Positions 1 through 9,258 of a DNA stretch of 64,000 bases are shown in pieces. The notes beneath the pieces are model-generated. The model did not search any database. It saw nothing but the letters and a program-made list of their open reading frames with translations, and was not told the DNA's origin. Within the stretch, counting starts at the first letter, position 1; each line of letters starts with the position of its first letter. The stretch spans positions 2,255 to 66,254 of the forward strand of contig JBJKXC010000026.1 of assembly GCA_045561735.1 (NCBI GenBank). The letters run 5' to 3'. A program made the translations under genes and the position numbers. This stretch comes from Flavobacteriaceae bacterium. Lineage in GTDB: Bacteria; Bacteroidota; Bacteroidia; Flavobacteriales; Flavobacteriaceae.

Positions 1-292
1 ATGTAACTACAATAGCTGCAAAGCTCATTTTTAAAGAATACTCCAAAAAAAGATGGGTTATGATAAAAGCAGCAAACGAAAACCCGATTCCAACTCCATA
101 ACTGACATATATAGAGCCATAAAAAAAAGAAGGTTCAATTTTGTATTTCGTTCCGCAGTGTCTGCAGCGTTCATGCATTTTTAGGGTGTCATGAAGACGG
201 TTAGGGTTTTTAATTACATACATGGACTCCTTATGGCACTTAGGGCATACTCCAAATAATATAGAATAGATTTTCGACCCTTTTTTTAACAT
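1..292 (-). CDS. DUF983-family Cys-rich membrane protein (3' end runs off window)
   Basis: Manual translation from ATG at 292: MLKKGSKIYSILFGVCPKCHKESMY...HERCRHCGTKYKIEPSFFYGSIYVSYG...; two CxxC pairs then a hydrophobic segment; open to window edge. Confidence 0.8.
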   Translation of the reverse strand, partial: MLKKGSKIYSILFGVCPKCHKESMYVIKNPNRLHDTLKMHERCRHCGTKYKIEPSFFYGSIYVSYGVGIGFSFAAFIITHLFLEYSLKMSFAAIVVT

Positions 293-303
293 ATATAATT
301 AGT

Positions 304-311
304 TACTTTTG
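304..311 (+). promoter_or_regulatory. Bacteroidota -7 promoter element for ABC-F gene
   Basis: TACTTTTG matches TAnnTTTG about 50 bp upstream of the start codon. Confidence 0.55.
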
Positions 312-363
312 CAGTGATTCAAAATCACAAAATTACCTTTAAATCAGGTCTCAAAATAATCAA

Positions 364-2277
364 ATGTTAAACGTTTACCAGCTCAGTATTGCATTTCAAG
401 GGGAAGATCTATTTGACAATGTGTCTTTCCGGTTGCAGTCTGGGAATCGGATTGGTTTAATTGGTAAAAATGGCGCTGGTAAATCGACTTTACTCAAAAT
501 AATTTCCGGTGAACTGGAATATAATTCGGGCCAAATTAGTTTTGAAAAAAAAGGTTTGAACATTGGGTTCTTAAAACAGGACATCGACTTTGCTTACGGA
601 CGTACAATTCTAGAGGAAGCTTATGAAGCTTTTTCAGAAATTAAAGAGATGGAGCGTCAATTAGAGGAGATTAACGTTCAACTTGCCGAGCGCACCGATT
701 ATGACAGTCAAGCCTACCACGACCTTATGGTAGATTTAAACGAAGTCCAGCAGCAGTATGAGATCTTAGGTGGCTATAATTATCAGGGAGAAACAGAAAA
801 AATCTTGATAGGTTTAGGGTTCAATAGAGAAGACTTTGGTAAACTTACCGACACTTTTTCTGGTGGGTGGCGCATGCGCATTGAATTGGCTAAACTCTTA
901 TTGCAGCAAAACGATATTTTGCTCTTGGATGAACCTACCAACCACTTGGATATTGAGTCCATCATTTGGTTGGAACAATTCTTAAAAAATTACAGCGGGG
1001 CTGTTGTTATCGTTTCGCACGATAAAATGTTTTTAAATAAAGTGACCAATCGCACCATTGAAATTGTATTGGGCCAAATTTATGATATGCCCAAGCCCTA
1101 TTCGCAATATTTGAAGCTCCGTGCCGAACAAAAAGCTTTGCAAATAGCGTCACAAAAAAATCAACAAAAGCAAATAGAGCATACTGAAAAGCTGATTGAA
1201 AAATTTAGGGCTAAAGCTTCCAAGGCTACTATGGCGCAGTCCCTTATAAAAAAATTGGATAAAATTGAGCGCATTCGCGTCGATGAAGATGACAACGCTG
1301 TTATGAGTGTGCGTTTTCCCATTTCTGTCAATCCAGGAAAAGTTGTCTTGGAAACCCAATGCGTATCAAAGTCATATGGAGATTTAGAGGTTTTAAAACA
1401 TATTGATTTTACACTAGAAAGGGGTCAAAAAATTGCCTTTGTTGGCCAAAATGGTCAAGGCAAGTCAACCTTGGCAAAAATATTAGTCGGAGAATTGTCT
1501 TCTGATGGCAGTGTCAAATTAGGTCATAATGTGCAGTTGGGGTATTTTGCCCAAAACCAAGCCGAGTATCTGGATGGCAAAAAAACAGTTCTCAATACCA
1601 TGATTGATGCGGCCAATGAAACCAACCGCTCCAAAGTACGTGATATTCTAGGTTCTTTTTTGTTCAGAGGGGAAGCGGTCGATAAGTACGTAAGTGTATT
1701 ATCTGGAGGCGAACGCAACCGTTTGGCCTTGGCCAAGTTGTTACTCCAGCCCCTTAATGTTTTGGTCATGGATGAGCCCACCAACCATTTGGACATTCAA
1801 TCTAAAAACGTACTAAAATCAGCCTTGCAAAACTTCGAAGGTACCTTGATTTTGGTTTCTCACGATCGGGAATTTTTACAGGGTCTTAACGATGTGGTTT
1901 ACGAATTTAAAGATCGAAAAATAAAACCCTATTTAGGTGATATTGATTTCTATTTAGAGCAGCGTCAATTACAAAATTTAAGAGATGCTGAACGGCGCAC
2001 GCCTGAAAAAACAACTCAAAAAACGAGCGATAATAAACGCTCTTATGAGTCCCAAAAAAAACTAAAATCCTTGCAAAACCGCTTGAGCAAATTAGAGGCC
2101 GCTATCGCGGCTTTAGAAAAAGACATTAAAGCCATTGATCTAGAATTAGAGATCAATTATGAGGCTACTGTTTTAGCCCCCAACTTTTTTGATACTTATC
2201 AGGCTAAAAAAGCAGAACTAGAAAGCCTGATGCAGCAGTGGGAAACCCTTACTGAAACCATAGAAAACCACAATTAA
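364..2277 (+). CDS. ABC-F family ATP-binding protein (ribosome-associated)
   Basis: Two NBDs (GKNGAGKS/FSGGWRMR/LLLDEPTNHLD and GQNGQGKS/LSGGERNR/VMDEPTNHLD), no TM segments, C-terminal coiled coil. Confidence 0.95.
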   Translation: MLNVYQLSIAFQGEDLFDNVSFRLQSGNRIGLIGKNGAGKSTLLKIISGELEYNSGQISFEKKGLNIGFLKQDIDFAYGRTILEEAYEAFSEIKEMERQLEEINVQLAERTDYDSQAYHDLMVDLNEVQQQYEILGGYNYQGETEKILIGLGFNREDFGKLTDTFSGGWRMRIELAKLLLQQNDILLLDEPTNHLDIESIIWLEQFLKNYSGAVVIVSHDKMFLNKVTNRTIEIVLGQIYDMPKPYSQYLKLRAEQKALQIASQKNQQKQIEHTEKLIEKFRAKASKATMAQSLIKKLDKIERIRVDEDDNAVMSVRFPISVNPGKVVLETQCVSKSYGDLEVLKHIDFTLERGQKIAFVGQNGQGKSTLAKILVGELSSDGSVKLGHNVQLGYFAQNQAEYLDGKKTVLNTMIDAANETNRSKVRDILGSFLFRGEAVDKYVSVLSGGERNRLALAKLLLQPLNVLVMDEPTNHLDIQSKNVLKSALQNFEGTLILVSHDREFLQGLNDVVYEFKDRKIKPYLGDIDFYLEQRQLQNLRDAERRTPEKTTQKTSDNKRSYESQKKLKSLQNRLSKLEAAIAALEKDIKAIDLELEINYEATVLAPNFFDTYQAKKAELESLMQQWETLTETIENHN

Positions 2278-2459
2278 TGGAAGAATATTTTTACCAATGT
2301 CCCTATTGTTGGGAATCTGTTTCTATTTTAGTGGATGTTTCACAATCCCATCAAAATTACATTGAAGATTGCGAAGTTTGTTGTAATCCCATTGAATTTA
2401 AAATCCAGTGTTCCGCACAAACCATCCTACATTTTGAAGCCCAAAACATCGAACAATAA
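2277..2459 (+). CDS. CPXCG-motif cysteine-rich small protein
   Basis: CPYCW...YIEDCEVCCNPI; TAATG stop/start overlap with ABC-F. Confidence 0.85.
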   Translation: MEEYFYQCPYCWESVSILVDVSQSHQNYIEDCEVCCNPIEFKIQCSAQTILHFEAQNIEQ

Positions 2460-2503
2460 TACGGTAATTCAATAATTTTTCTTTTTAAATAGGAAAAAGG
2501 TTG

Positions 2504-2511
2504 TATATTTG
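2504..2511 (+). promoter_or_regulatory. -7 promoter element of tRNA-fMet
   Basis: TATATTTG 11 bp upstream of the tRNA. Confidence 0.7.
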
Positions 2512-2522
2512 TCGTCCTATAT

Positions 2523-2599
<77 letters not shown>

Positions 2600-2601
<2 letters not shown>

Positions 2602-2619
2602 CTAAAACAATAAAACGGT
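2600..2619 (+). repeat. 20-bp direct repeat, copy 1 (tRNA 3' end/trailer)
   Basis: TACTAAAACAATAAAACGGT identical to 3583-3602. Confidence 0.9.
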
Positions 2620-2649
2620 TATACTTTTATAAAGTGTAACCGTTTTTTT
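2612..2649 (+). terminator. Rho-independent terminator after tRNA-fMet
   Basis: AAAACGGTTATACTTT-TAT-AAAGTGTAACCGTTTT hairpin plus T-tract. Confidence 0.85.
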
Positions 2650-2684
2650 ATATTTACTTGCAATTAATCACAAAATTAAAATAA

Positions 2685-3488
2685 ATGAAAAATTTAAAAA
2701 AAATAATTTTATTGTTTTCGGGAATACTTTTTGTTTCATGCGGGAGTAATCCTAATTATCAAAAAAACCTAGCAACAGCTCAAAAATTATTCTCACTTCA
2801 TGGAGAAGAAAAGATTGATGAACAACTCGCTTTAGTAAGTAAAGATATCAAGCTGTATACTCCCATGTATGGTTCTTCAGAGCCATTAGGTTATGATGCA
2901 TACGCATCTATTTTAAAAGGATATCATGATAGCTTTGAGGATATTAAATACAATGCTCAAGTATGGCTTCCTGGTGTTGATACATTGTCTCTAAAACCAG
3001 ATGGAAGTGTTAGGACATACGGTACTTGGACAGGAAAAAATTCAATTACTGGTAAAGAGATAAACCTGAATGGCTATTGGTATTTTAATTTTGACGCAGA
3101 CGGTAAAGTAATAGCTCAGGGTGACTTTTTTGATTATGGTGGAATGATGCAATCTGTTGGTCCTAAAAACCCTGTTTTAGTAACACTTAAGGTTAAGCCA
3201 GGAAAAAAGCAAGCCATGATAGATCTTCTTAATACCCCAGATGGCCTACAAGCTACGAGAGATTTTGATGGAAGTCTATCTCTTGAAGCATTCTTCAATG
3301 ATGAAACATACACATATTACATTTATGGGGATTGGGCGTCATATGATCATTACCAAAAATATCTTGATTGGAGATTTAAGGATGATGAGAGCAAAATGGC
3401 ACAACAAGTAATAGCTTTTTGTGTTGGAGGAGAAAAGGGGTTAATTCCTATATTCCCTAACACAGATTACTCATCATTTAGTAATTGA
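2685..3488 (+). CDS. Lipoprotein with SnoaL/NTF2-like domain fused to ABM-like (antibiotic biosynthesis monooxygenase) domain
   Basis: Lipobox FVSC; N-domain VRTYGTWTGK...YFNFDADGKVIAQGDFFD (SnoaL-like); C-domain VTLKVKPGKKQ...TRDFDG...GDWASYDHYQKYLDWR (ABM-like). Confidence 0.7.
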   Translation: MKNLKKIILLFSGILFVSCGSNPNYQKNLATAQKLFSLHGEEKIDEQLALVSKDIKLYTPMYGSSEPLGYDAYASILKGYHDSFEDIKYNAQVWLPGVDTLSLKPDGSVRTYGTWTGKNSITGKEINLNGYWYFNFDADGKVIAQGDFFDYGGMMQSVGPKNPVLVTLKVKPGKKQAMIDLLNTPDGLQATRDFDGSLSLEAFFNDETYTYYIYGDWASYDHYQKYLDWRFKDDESKMAQQVIAFCVGGEKGLIPIFPNTDYSSFSN

Positions 3489-3582
3489 GAATTAAAAAAG
3501 ATTTAATATCAATTACTAAATTATGAGTATTCATTAAGTTTCTTGACGTTTGGCTTATGTTCGATATATGAATGGAGCTATT

Positions 3583-3602
3583 TACTAAAACAATAAAACG
3601 GT
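3583..3602 (+). repeat. 20-bp direct repeat, copy 2
   Basis: TACTAAAACAATAAAACGGT identical to 2600-2619. Confidence 0.9.
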
Positions 3603-3632
3603 CACACTATTATACTGTGATCGTTTTATTTT
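3594..3632. terminator. Bidirectional terminator homologous to the tRNA terminator
   Basis: TAAAACGGTCACA-CTATTATAC-TGTGATCGTTTTA hairpin between convergent genes. Confidence 0.75.
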
Positions 3633-3655
3633 AGAATTAATTGGATTTAAATATT

Positions 3656-4444
3656 TTATTTTATTTCAATTGTTTTTTTTAAAGACGTTACTGCATGGCC
3701 GCTCACAATGACCCTTTTTCCATTATTTACACATCCTATTTCTCCCCCTCTTTTAGAAAGTTGTTTTGCGGTCAATTCTTTTTTTTGCAGTTTTTTAGAC
3801 CAATAAGGAATGAGTGTGCAATGCGCAGATCCGGTTACAGGATCTTCTAAGATACTGGCCTGGGGTGTAAAAAAGCGGGATACAAAATCAACCTCATCTC
3901 CAGGAGCTGTTACAATCACACCGCCAGGATCCATATTGATCAGATCAAATGCTTTGCGATTTACTTTTATCTTTTCAATATGAGATTGATCATCATATAC
4001 AAGTAAATAGTCACGGGCTTTGTAGACTTCTTTTGGAGCCATGCTTAAGGCTTCAGAAATGTTTGAGGGTAGGGCAGCCAATTTACCTTTTCGAGCTGGT
4101 AAATCCATGTGGTATAACCCTTTTGAAAAATTGACATCTAGCAGACCACTTTGGGTTTTGAATGATATTTTTTTTTTGGAGTAACCCAAATGCGTCAGCA
4201 AACAATGGGCTGCGGCCAATGTCGCATGGCCACAAAGATCCATTTCAATTTCTGGTGTAAACCAACGCAATTGTATTGTATTTTTGTTTTCAATAAAAAA
4301 TGCTGTTTCCGGCAACCCGTTTTTTTTGGCAACGGCCAACATGGTTTCCGCTGGCAACCATGTCTCAATCGGTATGATACAAGCAGGATTTCCTCCCGAA
4401 ATTTGATCCGAAAAGGCATTGATTTGATAGACTGTTAATTCCAT
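3656..4444 (-). CDS. PhzF family isomerase/epimerase
   Basis: NAFS..GGNPA, PETAF, RWFTPEIEMDLCGHATLAAAH, EDPVTGSAHC motifs. Confidence 0.92.
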   Translation of the reverse strand: MELTVYQINAFSDQISGGNPACIIPIETWLPAETMLAVAKKNGLPETAFFIENKNTIQLRWFTPEIEMDLCGHATLAAAHCLLTHLGYSKKKISFKTQSGLLDVNFSKGLYHMDLPARKGKLAALPSNISEALSMAPKEVYKARDYLLVYDDQSHIEKIKVNRKAFDLINMDPGGVIVTAPGDEVDFVSRFFTPQASILEDPVTGSAHCTLIPYWSKKLQKKELTAKQLSKRGGEIGCVNNGKRVIVSGHAVTSLKKTIEIK

Positions 4445-4501
4445 TTGTTACAAGATAATATAAAACTTAATTTAATGCGTTTTAAAGGCGCTCAATTTCA
4501 G

Positions 4502-4509
4502 TATATTTG
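4502..4509 (+). promoter_or_regulatory. -7 promoter element upstream of the glucan locus
   Basis: TATATTTG. Confidence 0.5.
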
Positions 4510-4765
4510 GAATGATAAATCAATTCATAAATAAATAAAAAAAATTATTTTTTTTAGTATTTATCTTCACTGTTTCTTGTGATTTTTTTAGAGAAAGAAA
4601 CTTCAAACCAAAATGATGAACTCATTTTTTTTAATTGTATGTGATTTGTTGTGTTTTATAATTTTTGAAAACCAATTAATGAATGTATTTTACGACTCTG
4701 AAATGAGCTCCAATCAAGCTATTTACAATCATATAAAATTAACCAAAAAGTTGCTGTAATTTTTC

Positions 4766-7700
4766 ATGAAATCCATACCAAATATTTACATAGGTAAAAA
4801 TCCAATTCAGGCCAAAGACTCCAAGGTCTCTGGAAGTGAGCTGTTGATTGATGATGAAGTTTTTTTTAAAATTTCAAATGTAGACAGTATGCGTCCATTT
4901 TTTATGAGTATTGTCAGCAACTCCAACCACTGGCTCTTTATTTCTAGCACAGGAGGTCTCTCCGCAGGAAGAAAAAACAGCAATTATGCACTTTTCCCTT
5001 ACTACACGGATGATAAAATTACAGAGTCAAACGACCATACTGGCTCCAAATCCATCTTTTTAGTCACAAAATCTGCTACTACATTTTTATGGGAACCTTT
5101 TTCATACCGTCAAAAAGGCATTTATAAAATCACTCGAAATTTATACAAGAATGCCTATGGGAATAAGGTTGTTTTTGAAGAAATTAATCACGATTTAGAA
5201 TTGGTATTTACTTATGAATGGAATTCAAGTGACCGCTATGGTTTTATCCGAAATTCTGTACTTAAAAATACGTCTGATTCTGTGATTGATGTTCGTCTGT
5301 TGGACGGAATTCAAAACATTCTGCCCTATGGTGTTGAAGATGCCCTGCAAAACAGCACCAGTAATTTGGTTGATGCGTACAAAAAATGTGAATTGGAAGC
5401 CACCTCCGGGATTGGGATATATTCCCTGAGTGCCATCATTGTAGATAAAGCCGAACCCAGTGAGGCGCTCAAAGCCAATATTGTTTGGTCAATGGGCTTA
5501 AAATCTTCTAAAAAACTCATTTCTTCCTTGCAATTAGAGGCCTTTAGACAGGGTGTTATTCCAGTTGAAGAAATTGATATCAAAGCAGAGCGTGGTGCTT
5601 ATTTTATAACAGACGATATATCACTCTCCCCACAGCAAGAACAAAAATGGCGCATCGTAGCCAATGTCAACCAAAGTATTGATGCGATTGTAGCCTTAAA
5701 ACAAGCTATGAAAGATCCTAAAAATCTGAGTGATCTCATTAATCGTTCTGTTAAACAAGGCACACAGCGCCTTATTTCATTGGTTGCTGCCTCGGATGGT
5801 CTTCAACTCACTTCTGACAGCGCTAAAAATACCAGGCATTTTGCCAATACCATGTTTAACATCATGCGGGGCGGTATTTTTGACAATAACTACAACATTG
5901 AAAAAGCAGATTTTTCAAGTTACATTGAAAAAGCTAATTTCAAAGTGTTTTTCAAGAAGACTAAAATTTTGGAAGCACTTCCTGAATGTTTTGATTTGGA
6001 TCATTTGAAAATGATTGTCAAAAAGGACGAAGATCAAAATTTTAAACGTTTATGTCTTGAATACTTACCCTTGAAATTTAGCCGACGCCATGGAGATCCA
6101 AGCCGCCCTTGGAATAAATTTTCAATCAATACCAGAAGTGAAGTTGATGGTTCTAAGATTTTAGATTATCAAGGAAATTGGAGAGACATTTTTCAAAATT
6201 GGGAGGCTTTGGTGCATTCTTATCCTGAATTTATTGAAGGGATGATTCACAAATTTCTAAATGCGACTACTTTTGATGGTTACAATCCATACAGAGTCAC
6301 CAAAGATGGTTTTGATTGGGAGGTCATAGAACCCGACAACCCTTGGTCTTATATTGGCTATTGGGGAGACCATCAAATTATTTATTTGTTGAAGTTTTTA
6401 GAATTTATTGAAAGTTATTATCCTGGCAAATTAGAAAATTACTTTTCAAAAGATTTATTTGTTTACGCCAATGTACCTTATAAAATTAAAACTTATGAAG
6501 AGATTATAAAGGATCCAAAAAATACGATTGAATTTAACCATGAAGCAGAACAAAAGATTCAAATTAAAAGGGGAGAGATAGGAACTGACGGAGCTTTGTT
6601 GCGAGAGGCCCATGTTTTTATATATAAGGTTAATTTTATAGAAAAGATTTTAGTAACTGTGTTAGCAAAAGTTTCAAATTTTATACCAGAAGGGGGGATA
6701 TGGATGAATACCCAACGCCCTGAATGGAATGATGCAAACAATGCTTTAGTCGGAAATGGAGTTTCTATGGTCACTCTTTACTATTTAAGACGCTTTTTGA
6801 AATTTTTTGAAGGTATTTTAAGTAAAGTTTCAATTACTGAAGTTGCAATTTCTTCAGAACTTTTGCTGTTCTTTAATTCGGTTAAATTCACACTTGAGAC
6901 TAACCAATCACTTTTACAGGGTCCCATTTCTAATATAGATCGAAAGCGAATTTTAGATGGCTTGGGGACTGCAGCTAGTATTTACAGACATTCTATTTAT
7001 AACGACAGTTTTTCTGGGGAAAAAGAAACAATCCATCTCGACGGAATTCTCTCTTTTGTGAAAATCGCACTACAATTTCTAGAACATTCAATAGAAGCCA
7101 ACAAGCGACCTGATGCACTTTACCATTCCTATAACCTTATGACTGTCGAAGTTGATAACGCAATTTCCATATCCTATTTACCAGAAATGTTAGAAGGTCA
7201 AGTCGCTGTTTTAAGCTCTGGTTATTTATCCACCGAAGCTGCTTTAGAAGTGCTGGACGGGCTCAAGGCCAGTGCCTTATTTCGACCCGACCAATACAGT
7301 TACACTTTATATCCAAATAAAGCACTACCAAGATTTATCGACAAAAATACCATATCCGAAAAACAAATTAAATCTTCAGATTTACTGAAATTATTATTAG
7401 AGAATGAGAATAAGCAGATTGTGTCGAAAGATATTGAAGGGCAATATCATTTTAATGGAAACTTTAAAAATGTAGATTATTTAAGGGACGCCTTGATGAA
7501 TTTACCATCAGTTTATCAACCTCTTGTTATGAAAGATGCCGAAAATGTCTATGCTATTTTTGAAGCAATTTTCGACCACAAATCCTTTACGGGTCGCTCT
7601 GGAACTTTCTTTGGTTATGAGGGCTTAGGTTCAATCTATTGGCATATGGTATCAAAACTATTATTAGCGACACTCGAAGTCACTCAAAAGGCAATTGCTG

Positions 7701-8227
7701 CAGAAACAGGTTCGCATAATATAGGACGTCTATTCGACCACTATTTTGAAATTAATGCAGGTATTGGCGCACACAAGTCTCCAGAACTTTATGGAGCTTT
7801 TCCAACCGATCCCTATTCACACACACCGGGCGGAAAAGGAGCTCAGCAACCTGGAATGACTGGCCAAGTTAAGGAAGATATATTAAGTCGATTTGGAGAA
7901 TTAGGTTTCTATGTTAAGAATGGTTGTCTTGGATTTTCTCCTGATATTTTAAAGCCTTCAGAATTTCTTTCTGAAACCCAATCTTTTGATTATTACAATG
8001 TAAGGGGAGAAAAACAAAATATATCTATCAGTCCTGGAAGTTTAGTTTTTACAATTTGTCAGGTACCTGTTGTGTATAAGCTGGGTTCTGAGTTAGGTAT
8101 TTCTGTAGAATTTACAGATGGAAAAACTAATAATATAAAAGGAAAAGTATTGGATTATGAAATAACCCAAACTATTTTCAAAAGATCTGATAAGGTTGAA
8201 ATGATCATTGTACATGTAAATAAATAA
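4766..8227 (+). CDS. GH149-like beta-1,3-glucan (laminarin) phosphorylase
   Basis: 1153 aa, no signal peptide; FSRRHGDPSRPWNKFSI, YQGNWRDIFQNWEAL, WMNTQRPEWNDANNAL, YEGLGSIYWHMVSKL, AQQPGMTGQVKE motifs; adjacent GH30 and MFS. Confidence 0.8.
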   Translation: MKSIPNIYIGKNPIQAKDSKVSGSELLIDDEVFFKISNVDSMRPFFMSIVSNSNHWLFISSTGGLSAGRKNSNYALFPYYTDDKITESNDHTGSKSIFLVTKSATTFLWEPFSYRQKGIYKITRNLYKNAYGNKVVFEEINHDLELVFTYEWNSSDRYGFIRNSVLKNTSDSVIDVRLLDGIQNILPYGVEDALQNSTSNLVDAYKKCELEATSGIGIYSLSAIIVDKAEPSEALKANIVWSMGLKSSKKLISSLQLEAFRQGVIPVEEIDIKAERGAYFITDDISLSPQQEQKWRIVANVNQSIDAIVALKQAMKDPKNLSDLINRSVKQGTQRLISLVAASDGLQLTSDSAKNTRHFANTMFNIMRGGIFDNNYNIEKADFSSYIEKANFKVFFKKTKILEALPECFDLDHLKMIVKKDEDQNFKRLCLEYLPLKFSRRHGDPSRPWNKFSINTRSEVDGSKILDYQGNWRDIFQNWEALVHSYPEFIEGMIHKFLNATTFDGYNPYRVTKDGFDWEVIEPDNPWSYIGYWGDHQIIYLLKFLEFIESYYPGKLENYFSKDLFVYANVPYKIKTYEEIIKDPKNTIEFNHEAEQKIQIKRGEIGTDGALLREAHVFIYKVNFIEKILVTVLAKVSNFIPEGGIWMNTQRPEWNDANNALVGNGVSMVTLYYLRRFLKFFEGILSKVSITEVAISSELLLFFNSVKFTLETNQSLLQGPISNIDRKRILDGLGTAASIYRHSIYNDSFSGEKETIHLDGILSFVKIALQFLEHSIEANKRPDALYHSYNLMTVEVDNAISISYLPEMLEGQVAVLSSGYLSTEAALEVLDGLKASALFRPDQYSYTLYPNKALPRFIDKNTISEKQIKSSDLLKLLLENENKQIVSKDIEGQYHFNGNFKNVDYLRDALMNLPSVYQPLVMKDAENVYAIFEAIFDHKSFTGRSGTFFGYEGLGSIYWHMVSKLLLATLEVTQKAIAAETGSHNIGRLFDHYFEINAGIGAHKSPELYGAFPTDPYSHTPGGKGAQQPGMTGQVKEDILSRFGELGFYVKNGCLGFSPDILKPSEFLSETQSFDYYNVRGEKQNISISPGSLVFTICQVPVVYKLGSELGISVEFTDGKTNNIKGKVLDYEITQTIFKRSDKVEMIIVHVNK

Positions 8228-8229
8228 TT

Positions 8230-9258
8230 TTGAAAACTTTATATCTCTTAACATTTATTTTTTTATCTGCTTGCGCTGCAATTCCATCAACTGATTCCGA
8301 AAAGGTGCTAACATCTGGGCGATCAATACTTGTAAATGATGTGCCATATTTTATAAAAGGTATTTGCTACCATCCTGTTCCAAGGGGTGCCACAAAACGC
8401 AGTTTTGAGTCGCTGGATCAAGACCTATTACTAATGAAGGAAGCGGGCATCAATACCATTCGTTTGTATGAGCCAATTGACGATATTGAAGTTCTAAATA
8501 AAATTGACGCAGCAGGTTTAAAATTGATAGTGGGTTTTGGCTACAACCAAAATGGAGTTTATGACATCGCTTCTGGCAGTTTTATCAATTTCATAAAAAA
8601 ATACAAAACTCATAAAGCCATTTTATTATGGGAATTGGGAAATGAGTACAATTACCATCCCGAATGGTTTGATGGTGACATTCAAAACTGGTACAATGCC
8701 TTAAGCACAGCTATAGATTTAGTTCATAAGGAGGACCCCAACCACCCTGTATCAACGGCTCATGGCGATGTACCAGATGAAAACGTCCTAGCTTTAAATC
8801 CTAATTTAGACCTATGGGGACTCAACGTATACCGTTGGGATAAACCTCAATCTGCTTTAAAACGTTGGGAGAAAATAAGTTCCAAGCCTGTTTATCTTTC
8901 TGAAGTAGGGGCAGACAGTTATATGAAAATCAGCAAGTCTGGGTTTGAAAAAGGTGAAAATCAAAAGGCTCAAGCGACCGCAAATGCCAATATCATTGAT
9001 GCGGTTTTAAGTCACAGTGATCTCACTTCTGGACTTCTTATTTTTTCATTTACAGATGGTTTGTGGAAAGCTGGAAACCCCGATCAACAAGATATTGGCG
9101 GCTGGGCTCCTAATAGCAGTGGTGTTCCCTATGATGGTGCCCCAAACGAAGAGTACTGGGGAATTGTCGATATTGAAAGAAATAAAAAACAAACTTTTGA
9201 TGCCATAAAGGAGCGGTTTACTAATTTTTCGATTAACAACAAAAAACTTCAGGAATGA
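8230..9258 (+). CDS. Clan GH-A glycoside hydrolase lipoprotein (GH158/GH2-TIM-barrel-like; probable beta-1,3-glucanase)
   Basis: TTG start, lipobox LSAC; KGICYHP, GINTIRLY, WELGNEY (acid/base), YLSEVG (nucleophile). Confidence 0.7.
   Translation: MKTLYLLTFIFLSACAAIPSTDSEKVLTSGRSILVNDVPYFIKGICYHPVPRGATKRSFESLDQDLLLMKEAGINTIRLYEPIDDIEVLNKIDAAGLKLIVGFGYNQNGVYDIASGSFINFIKKYKTHKAILLWELGNEYNYHPEWFDGDIQNWYNALSTAIDLVHKEDPNHPVSTAHGDVPDENVLALNPNLDLWGLNVYRWDKPQSALKRWEKISSKPVYLSEVGADSYMKISKSGFEKGENQKAQATANANIIDAVLSHSDLTSGLLIFSFTDGLWKAGNPDQQDIGGWAPNSSGVPYDGAPNEEYWGIVDIERNKKQTFDAIKERFTNFSINNKKLQE

Noticed and set aside
3559-3582. GTTCGA just upstream of repeat copy 2, resembling a tRNA T-loop relic
   Set aside because: The flanking bases do not match the tRNA 3' half, and a 6-mer match is expected by chance.
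3656-4444. PhzF as evidence of a phenazine biosynthesis cluster
   Set aside because: There are no phzC, D, E or G genes; stand-alone PhzF-like proteins are widespread.
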